From contig JAYTTT010000271.1 in the NCBI GenBank assembly GCA_043744895.1, forward strand, positions 143-64,142: a DNA stretch of 64,000 nt, written 5' to 3'. Shown here piece after piece: positions 17,024 through 24,013 of this stretch. Made by a program: the position numbers and the translations under genes. The DNA comes from Gemmatimonadota bacterium (GTDB lineage: Bacteria; Gemmatimonadota; Gemmatimonadetes; Gemmatimonadales; GWC2-71-9). The notes under the pieces were generated by a model. It was not told where the DNA came from and did not search any database. It saw only the letters and a list, made by a program, of their open reading frames with translations. The first letter of the stretch is position 1. Every line of letters starts with the position of its first letter.

Positions 17024-19248
17024 CGGGTTCTCCTGACAAACGGTTCACTGAGGCGCTTCGCTATGGTGTCCATCACCGTGGGCCAGGACGCTCCCAACGA
17101 GCGGGTGACGACGTGAATGGCGGGAAACCAGAGGCTGTGGTCGTGCCCATGGGTGGCCCATTCGGCCCCGCTGTCCGCTTGCCAAGTCGGAACGCCGAGA
17201 CCGCCGGCCAGCGCGGTCACAGCGGTGGGGGCCGAGATGACGGCGTCGACGTGGCTCAGGAGCCCAAGGACGCTTTCGAGATCGTTGCGGAGGTCGACGC
17301 CTTCCCAGCGGTGGATTCGGATCCCGTGCTGGGCTTCGGCCTCCCGGATTTCCTGCTCGCATTCGTCGTATTGGAGATTGATCCACTGGACGCCGGGCAG
17401 CCGAAAGACGGGGCCCCATTCGGTGAGCGAGGAGTAGTGGACTCGGCGCTCGGCGGTCAGGCGGCTGCTCCGCCAGCAGAGGCCTACTCGGCGCTCGGCA
17501 CTCGGCGCTCGGCGCTCGGCGAGGCGGGAGCGCCATTCTTCGGCCCGGGCTGGGAGCGGGGTGAGGTAGGCGCCCGAGGTTGGGAAGCTGGCGACCGAGG
17601 TGCGGAGGTAGCGGGGGAGGTCGCCGATTGGGGCGTGGAAGTCGAACCGATCGGCGGAGTCGGACTCGATTCCGGTGCCGCCGTCGTCGACCAGCACCGT
17701 TACCGACGGGAAGGCGCGTTGGAGCATGCCGACTAGGCGATCGGTGACCAGCAGCCGGACCTCAGCGCCTAACCGGACCAGATCGGGGATGCAGGGGGCA
17801 AACAGCAACTCGTCGCCGATGCCCTGCTCCCGCCATACCAGGATCCGGCGGCCGGCGAGCGGCTCGCCCTGCCAGCGTGGAAACGGATACGACCTGACGT
17901 CGGCCAGCGAGTCGCCGGACCGGAATCGCCAGGCATAGCCGGCCCAGCCTTCGGAAAGGCGACCGACTCTGAGCATGGTGAGGCCAAGATTCCAATGGGC
18001 GTCGCCGTAGAGCGGCCGGATTTTGAGCGCGGCCTCGTAGGCCTCGATGGCGGGCAGGGGGCGGTTCGATTCGCGGTACGCGTTCCCGATGTTGAAGTAC
18101 GACTCCGGTTTGTCGGGAGCGATTCGGGCGGCGGCGCGGTAGGCTTCGATCGCACCGTCGAAATCGCCCGTCGCCTTGAGGGCAACACCCAGGCTGATCT
18201 GCGCCTCGAACAACTCCGGCTTGAACTCGATCGCCCGCCGAAGAACGCTGATTGCATCGTCGAACCGGCCCAGGCCGGTCAGGGTGTTGCCTCGATTGAC
18301 GAGTGCCTGGGGATGCTCCGGCGCAATAACCAGGGCGCGGTCGTAGGACTCGAGGGCCTGCTCCAACCGGTCCTCGGCCTTGTCGGTGTTGCCTATCCCT
18401 AGGAGCAGCGGCACCGAGTCGGGCCACCGCGCCAGCCCACCCTCAAAGCAGGCCCGCGCTTCCGCGAACCGCCCTTGCGCGTATCGGACAGTTCCCAGAT
18501 GAAGGGCCGGCTCGAGTGCCTCAGGGCGACAACGGACCGCGGCCTCGTGAAGCCGCGCGGCCTCCTCGAGATTGCCTAGCCCTTGCAGCGCCATGCCGAG
18601 GTTGATGAGGGTTTCGTAGTGGGTCGGTTGCAGCGCGAGCGCCCGCCGATAGGCGCCAATCGCCGATTCGGTGTCGCCGGCATCGGCCAATGCCGACCCA
18701 AGGTTGGCGTGGGCCTCGACCAGTTTCGGATCGAGGCGGGCCGCTTCGGTATAGCTGGCGATCGCTTCGGCCAGCCTACCCCCGGCGTGATGAACACCCC
18801 CGAGATCGGCGTGAGCGGGTGCGAAGTCGGGTTGGAGGACGATGGCGCGACGGAGGGCGGCCTCCGCCTCGTCGAGCCGTCCGGAGGCCTGCAACGCCAC
18901 CCCGAACACGGCATGGGCCTCGGCGGAATCGGGCCGGAGCAGGATAGCCCGCTCGAGGGCCTGGAGTGCTTCCGGCATTCGCTCAGCCGCGATCCGGGCC
19001 CGGCCAAGGTTGAGCCAGAACGCCGGCGCGGCGGGATCAAGCTCGACCGCCCGCTCGAGGAACCTCACCGCCAGCGGGGCATTGCCAGCCTGCTGGGTCA
19101 GCATGCCTAACAGGTTATGGGCGTCCGGCTGGGCCGGCTCGACTTCGAGGACCTGACGGTAACAGGCGAACGCTTCCCGGAGCTGCCCCGATCGGTGATG
19201 CTCCAGTCCTTCCCGGAGCAACGCGATCCCGGGCGCCACGGCGCTCAT
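17020..19248 (-). CDS. TPR-repeat protein with C-terminal GT9-like (FlmG-like) module, paralog 3
   Basis: 742 aa. About 12 TPRs plus the module (ILVWREQGIGDELLFAPCIPDLV, YSSLTEW, QWINLQYDECEQEI, RIHRWEGVDLRNDLE). It carries the heptamer array at 17487-17521. Confidence 0.6.
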   Translation of the reverse strand: MSAVAPGIALLREGLEHHRSGQLREAFACYRQVLEVEPAQPDAHNLLGMLTQQAGNAPLAVRFLERAVELDPAAPAFWLNLGRARIAAERMPEALQALERAILLRPDSAEAHAVFGVALQASGRLDEAEAALRRAIVLQPDFAPAHADLGGVHHAGGRLAEAIASYTEAARLDPKLVEAHANLGSALADAGDTESAIGAYRRALALQPTHYETLINLGMALQGLGNLEEAARLHEAAVRCRPEALEPALHLGTVRYAQGRFAEARACFEGGLARWPDSVPLLLGIGNTDKAEDRLEQALESYDRALVIAPEHPQALVNRGNTLTGLGRFDDAISVLRRAIEFKPELFEAQISLGVALKATGDFDGAIEAYRAAARIAPDKPESYFNIGNAYRESNRPLPAIEAYEAALKIRPLYGDAHWNLGLTMLRVGRLSEGWAGYAWRFRSGDSLADVRSYPFPRWQGEPLAGRRILVWREQGIGDELLFAPCIPDLVRLGAEVRLLVTDRLVGMLQRAFPSVTVLVDDGGTGIESDSADRFDFHAPIGDLPRYLRTSVASFPTSGAYLTPLPARAEEWRSRLAERRAPSAERRVGLCWRSSRLTAERRVHYSSLTEWGPVFRLPGVQWINLQYDECEQEIREAEAQHGIRIHRWEGVDLRNDLESVLGLLSHVDAVISAPTAVTALAGGLGVPTWQADSGAEWATHGHDHSLWFPAIHVVTRSLGASWPTVMDTIAKRLSEPFVRRTR
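17487..17521. repeat. (CTCGGCR)x5 heptanucleotide tandem array inside a CDS
   Basis: Read directly: CTCGGCG CTCGGCA CTCGGCG CTCGGCG CTCGGCG. Two further units lie at 17442-17455. It encodes AERRAPSAERRV where the paralogs have TLPPGPRI. Confidence 0.85.
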
Positions 19249-19459
19249 GCCGGCCCCGGCAGAAATGACTCACGCCCGGCAAGGAATGCCGTGGCGGGGA
19301 CCGTCGGGAAAGGGTTCCGCTGCGCTGGACTCGACAAGACTCTGTGGGCTCCGAGGTATTCGCCGCTCGCTCTGCTGGGCACGAACTGCCGCTCGAGACG
19401 GGCTCGCGGTGGACAAAGGCAAGAGGTGAGCCAGTCAAAACTGCCGACTCACACCGGGC

Positions 19460-20041
19460 ATGATGTCTGCAATTGCGGTGGCCGACATGGAGAAACAGTT
19501 CCTGACGAGCGACCGGCTCTACCTCCGTGCGTTGGCCGACACCGATCTCGAGGGCCCTTATGTCGAGTGGCTCAACGATCCCGAAGTCTGTCGGTTCAAT
19601 TCACATCACGTCTTCCCGTATACCGTCGACGCGGCGCGGGCCTACGTCGCGGCGTGTCGAACGTCGCGGGCCGCGCTGGTGCTGGCCATCTGTTCCCGGC
19701 ACGACCACCGCCATCTCGGCAACATCGCGCTCCAGCACATCGACCCGGTGGCCCGAACCGCCGAGTATGCGATTCTCCTCGGCGACCGGTCCTGCTGGGG
19801 TCAGGGATTCGCCAAGGAAGCGTCGGTGGTGATCATCCGGCACGGCTTTCAGGAGCTCAACCTGGGCCGGATTTCCTGCGGCACCTCCGCGGAGAACCTC
19901 GCAATGCAGCGGCTGGCGGCGTTCCTGGGCATGCGGGAAGAAGGCCGGCGCCGTCAAGCGCTGTTCAAGCACGGCCGGTATGCCGACATTATCGAGTACG
20001 GCCTCCTCCGGGCTGAATGCCCGGCGGAGTTCTTGGCGTGA
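19460..20041 (+). CDS. GNAT-family N-acetyltransferase (RimJ/RimL-like)
   Basis: 193 aa. LYLRALADTDLEGPYVEWLNDPEV..., GNIALQHIDPVARTAEYAILLGDRSCWGQGFAKEA. The start could instead be the ATG at 19487. Confidence 0.7.
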   Translation: MMSAIAVADMEKQFLTSDRLYLRALADTDLEGPYVEWLNDPEVCRFNSHHVFPYTVDAARAYVAACRTSRAALVLAICSRHDHRHLGNIALQHIDPVARTAEYAILLGDRSCWGQGFAKEASVVIIRHGFQELNLGRISCGTSAENLAMQRLAAFLGMREEGRRRQALFKHGRYADIIEYGLLRAECPAEFLA

Positions 20042-21156
20042 AATACTGTCGTCTCTGTGTCCAACCCGACACCAGGCCGGGCCTTCAGTTCGACGACGAA
20101 GGCGTCTGCCCCGCTTGCCGGTTCGCCGCCCAGCGGTTCGAGATCGACTGGGAGAGCCGGAAGGAAGAGCTCCGGGAGGTAATTGCCTGGGGCCGGGCCC
20201 ACAGTCATTTCGGGTACGACTGCATCATCGGGGTCAGCGGCGGCAAGGACAGCACCCGCCAAGCCATGTACGTCCGCGAGGAGCTCGGCGCCAAGCCCCT
20301 CCTGGTATCGTGCACCTATCCGCCCGAGCAGATTACCCACCGCGGCACCCACAACTTGAGCAACCTGATCGCGCTTGGCTTCGACACCATCACGGTGGGG
20401 CCCGCCCCCCAGGTGTGGAAACGGTTGATGCGCTACGGGTTTCTCCAATACGGCAACTGGTGCAAGTCCACCGAGTTGGCCCTCTATACCAGCGCCCCGA
20501 AGATCGCCACCGCGTACCAGATCCCCCTGGTTTTCCTGGGCGAGAATCCGGCGATTACCCTTGGTGATTTCGGGGTCCGGTCGCTCACCTCCGACGCCAA
20601 CCGGATGAAGCACGGCAACACCCTGGCCGGAGCCGACCCGAGCCAATACTTCATCGATGGCCTGACTCGTCGGGACCTCCTCCTCTACAGCTACCCGACC
20701 GACGAAGAGATGGAGCGGGCCGAGCTTCGAATCCGCTACCTCGGGTACTACTGGTCCGACTTTTCCAAACTCGACAACGCCTCCTACGCCATCGCCAACG
20801 GGCTCCACCTCCGCGAGGAACCGTTCGCCGACTGCGGATCGGTCAGCAAGGTCCAGTCGGTCGACGAGGATTTCGTCGCGGTCAACCAGATGATGAAGCA
20901 CCTGAAGCTGGGCTTCGGAATGACCACCGACGACGTCTGCGAGGACATCCGGTACGGCCGGATGTCCCGGGCCGAGGCTGTGGAACTCGTCAAGCGGTAC
21001 GACGGCAAATGCTCGGCCGATCTAATCGAGCGGTTTGCCGACTACATCGGCATCACGATCAGGCAGTTCTGGGACGTGGCGGAGTCGTATCGCAACCCGG
21101 CCCTCTGGCAGAAACGCCCCGATGGTGAATGGGAGCTGGCCGATGCCCTCGAATAG
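20038..21156 (+). CDS. N-acetyl sugar amidotransferase (WbuX/PseA-like, PP-loop)
   Basis: The GTG at 20038 overlaps the GNAT stop (GTGA). KYCRLCVQPDTRPGLQFDDEGVCPACR zinc ribbon and the CIIGVSGGKDST PP-loop. Confidence 0.75.
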   Translation: MKYCRLCVQPDTRPGLQFDDEGVCPACRFAAQRFEIDWESRKEELREVIAWGRAHSHFGYDCIIGVSGGKDSTRQAMYVREELGAKPLLVSCTYPPEQITHRGTHNLSNLIALGFDTITVGPAPQVWKRLMRYGFLQYGNWCKSTELALYTSAPKIATAYQIPLVFLGENPAITLGDFGVRSLTSDANRMKHGNTLAGADPSQYFIDGLTRRDLLLYSYPTDEEMERAELRIRYLGYYWSDFSKLDNASYAIANGLHLREEPFADCGSVSKVQSVDEDFVAVNQMMKHLKLGFGMTTDDVCEDIRYGRMSRAEAVELVKRYDGKCSADLIERFADYIGITIRQFWDVAESYRNPALWQKRPDGEWELADALE

Positions 21157-21778
21157 CCGGATCGCCATCATCGACTACGGCGTCGGCAACCACCAGTCGG
21201 TGGCCAACGCCCTCGCGTTCCTGGGCTATCGATTCGTGATTACCCATCAACGGTCGGAGATCGAGGCCGCCTCGGCACTGGTGCTGCCGGGCGTCGGCGC
21301 CTTCGGCGAAGCGATGGACCGGATCCGCGGGCTCGGCATCGCCCCGATCCTGACCGAACAAGTCCACCAGCGCCGGAAACCGCTGCTCGGGATCTGCCTC
21401 GGGATGCAGCTCCTGGCCGACACCTCGGCCGAGAATGGGTGCCACCAGGGCCTCGGCCTGATCCCCGCTCAGGTGGTGCCGATCCCACCACAACCCGGGA
21501 TGAAGGTGCCGCAAGTCGGTTGGAACACCGTGCAGGTGCACCGGCGGGATGTGCTCTTCTCGAAGACCACCGACACCTCGGCGTTCTACTTCGATCACAG
21601 CCTCCACCTGGTCTGTGCGCCCGAGTTTGTCGCGGCCACGGTGTCGTACGGCGGCGATCTCGTGGCCGCGGTCGAACGCGACCATGTGCTCGGGGTCCAG
21701 TTTCACCCGGAAAAGAGCCACAACGCGGGACTCAAGTTGTTCCGAAGCTTCTTCAGCCACCACGGGATTTCGAGGTAG
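21143..21778 (+). CDS. HisH-like glutamine amidotransferase subunit (glycan acetamidino-modification type)
   Basis: The ATG at 21143 overlaps the upstream stop. RIAIIDYGVGNHQSVANAL, LVLPGVGAFG, GICLGMQLL, GVQFHPEKS. Confidence 0.8.
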   Translation: MPSNSRIAIIDYGVGNHQSVANALAFLGYRFVITHQRSEIEAASALVLPGVGAFGEAMDRIRGLGIAPILTEQVHQRRKPLLGICLGMQLLADTSAENGCHQGLGLIPAQVVPIPPQPGMKVPQVGWNTVQVHRRDVLFSKTTDTSAFYFDHSLHLVCAPEFVAATVSYGGDLVAAVERDHVLGVQFHPEKSHNAGLKLFRSFFSHHGISR

Positions 21779-21779
21779 G

Positions 21780-22652
21780 ATGCAAAAGCGCCGGATCAAC
21801 GCCTGTCTGATCGTCAAGGACGGCTGGGTTGTCCAGAGCATCGGCTTTCGCCGGTATTTGCCCGTTGGCCGGCCCGAGGTCACGGTCGAGTTTCTCAATG
21901 CCTGGGGGATCGACGAAATCATCCTGCTCGATATCTCGGCCACGGCCCAGGGGCGACCCCCGGATTTCGACCTGGTGTCGCGGGTCTCGCGCCATTGCTT
22001 TGTCCCTCTGGCCGTGGGCGGCGGTTTGGCAACGGTAGAGGATATGCGCCAGATCATCCGCTCCGGCGCTGACAAGGTGGTCGTCAATACGGCCGCGTTG
22101 CGACATCCTGAACTCATCACCGAAGCGGCGCGAGTACTCGGCACCCAGTGCGTGGTCGTGGCCATCGACGTCGTGTATGACAAAGCGAACAACCCGCGGG
22201 TCTACTCCCACGCCGACCGGGGAATCGACGCCCGATCGGTGATCGACTACGCTAGAGACGTCGAGCGGCGAGGGGCCGGTGAGATCCTGCTGACCTCGGT
22301 GGACCGCGATGGGGCGAAGACCGGTTTTGACACCGCCTTGGTCCGCTCGGTGGCCGACGCGGTCAGCATCGAGGTCATCGCGGTCGGGGGCGCCGGCCAT
22401 CCGGCACATTTCGAGGCCGTGTTCCGAGAGGGGCATGTCAACGCCGCCGCCGCGGGCAACTTTTTCCATTTCTCTGAGCATAGCGTCATCGCCACGAAGC
22501 AGTATCTCCGAACCCGCGGGGTCGACGTCCGGATCGATACCCAGGCCAGCTACGCCGGCGCCCCCTTTGATGCCCTTGGGCGAGCCGGGAAGCTCCCGGA
22601 CGACGAACTCTATCACCGCCAGTTCAGCTACCACCCCGAGGAACGGATATGA
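21780..22652 (+). CDS. HisF-like cyclase subunit (AglZ/HisF2-type acetamidino modification protein)
   Basis: The ATG at 21780 lies 2 nt past the hisH-like stop. CLIVKDGWVVQSIGF, GIDEIILLDI, PLAVGGGL, GADKVVVNTAAL, GAGEILLTSVDRDG. Confidence 0.75.
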   Translation: MQKRRINACLIVKDGWVVQSIGFRRYLPVGRPEVTVEFLNAWGIDEIILLDISATAQGRPPDFDLVSRVSRHCFVPLAVGGGLATVEDMRQIIRSGADKVVVNTAALRHPELITEAARVLGTQCVVVAIDVVYDKANNPRVYSHADRGIDARSVIDYARDVERRGAGEILLTSVDRDGAKTGFDTALVRSVADAVSIEVIAVGGAGHPAHFEAVFREGHVNAAAAGNFFHFSEHSVIATKQYLRTRGVDVRIDTQASYAGAPFDALGRAGKLPDDELYHRQFSYHPEERI

Positions 22653-23926
22653 GGTACTGCACCCGGTGCCTCTACCCCGCCAACCATCCTCTCGGCATCA
22701 CCTTCGACGAAGCCGGAGTTTGCAGCGGCTGCCGGGTCCACGAAGAAAAGGACCAACTGGATTGGGCGGCCCGCGCCGATCGGCTCCGGACCCTGTTCGA
22801 CGGCTTTCGGAATCGTTCTGGCCAGAACTACGACTGCATCGTGCCGGTAAGCGGCGGCCGGGATTCCTACTTCATCGTTGACACCGTGAAGCGGGTGTAC
22901 GGGATGAACCCGCTGCTGGTCACCTACAACAAGCACTACAACACCCGGGTCGGGATCCGGAACCTTGCCTACTTGAGAACCCAGTTCGACTGCGACCTGC
23001 TGACCCTCACCGTCGATCCGGCCACGGTCAAGAAGATTACCCGGGCCACGCTCCGGCGGCGGGCCAGCATCTACTGGCATTGCATCGCGGGTCAGACCGT
23101 GTTCCCGGTCCAAGTGGCGGTTCGGTTCAAGGTGCCTCTGATTGTCTGGGGCGTCCATCAAGGAGTGGATCAGGTCGGGATGTTCAGTCACCTCGATGAA
23201 GCCGAGATGACCCGCAAATACCGGAAGGACCACGACCTCATGGGCCTTGAGGCGGAGGACCTCGTCGGGGAGTTCGATAACCTCAAGGAACGCGACGTCG
23301 TGCAATACCGGTACCCGCACGACAAGGACATCGAGGCCGTCGGGGTTCGGGGGATTTACCTCAGTAACTACATCCGGTGGGACTCCAAAGCCCAGCACGA
23401 GGCGATGATCCGTCGTTACGGCTACGAAGGCGCCCCCCAGAACCGGACCTTCGACACCTACAACGATGTCGACTGCTGGCACTACTCCGACCTCCACGAC
23501 GATATCAAGTTCCAGAAGCTCGGCTACGGAAAGGCCATCGATCACGCCTGCCGAGAGATTCGTCTCAAGCGGCTGTCACGCGAGGCGGGCCTGGCGCTGG
23601 TGGAGCGCCATCAAGCCAACCGCCCCGCCTTTGGGCATCGCTTTCTCAGCTGGATTGGAATGAACGAGGCGGGCCTGCAGTTCTACATCGATCTCCATCG
23701 CGATCAACGAATCTGGGCCAAGAACCCCGACGGTTCGTGGACCGCGACCGACTCGGTGACCCGGCATGCCGGCGACCCGGGAGTCGAGGCCGTCCGCCTC
23801 GGCCTGACCGATGACTGCGTGTTCCAGCCGACCCCCTCACGCGAGCCGGACGTACCCGACGATCGCTACATCCTTCTCGGCAAAGGGCACGTCGACGCCC
23901 GGGATCGCAGCGGTCCCTGGGGCTGA
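22649..23926 (+). CDS. N-acetyl sugar amidotransferase, second paralog
   Basis: 425 aa with an ATGA overlap to the upstream gene. RYCTRCLYPANHPLGITFDEAGVCSGCR and CIVPVSGGRDS. Confidence 0.75.
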   Translation: MRYCTRCLYPANHPLGITFDEAGVCSGCRVHEEKDQLDWAARADRLRTLFDGFRNRSGQNYDCIVPVSGGRDSYFIVDTVKRVYGMNPLLVTYNKHYNTRVGIRNLAYLRTQFDCDLLTLTVDPATVKKITRATLRRRASIYWHCIAGQTVFPVQVAVRFKVPLIVWGVHQGVDQVGMFSHLDEAEMTRKYRKDHDLMGLEAEDLVGEFDNLKERDVVQYRYPHDKDIEAVGVRGIYLSNYIRWDSKAQHEAMIRRYGYEGAPQNRTFDTYNDVDCWHYSDLHDDIKFQKLGYGKAIDHACREIRLKRLSREAGLALVERHQANRPAFGHRFLSWIGMNEAGLQFYIDLHRDQRIWAKNPDGSWTATDSVTRHAGDPGVEAVRLGLTDDCVFQPTPSREPDVPDDRYILLGKGHVDARDRSGPWG

Positions 23927-24013
23927 CCTCACGGCTGACGAATCAGTACAAGATGGACCCGGTCAATGATAACTTGAGGCCGTCGCCAGATTCCCTAGCC
24001 CTCGAGACTGTCC

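Noticed and set aside
17487-17521. The heptamer arrays or the 22-mer tandem at 44649-44695 as CRISPR arrays.
   Set aside because: The units are contiguous (7 nt) or only two in number. There are no unique spacers and no cas genes.
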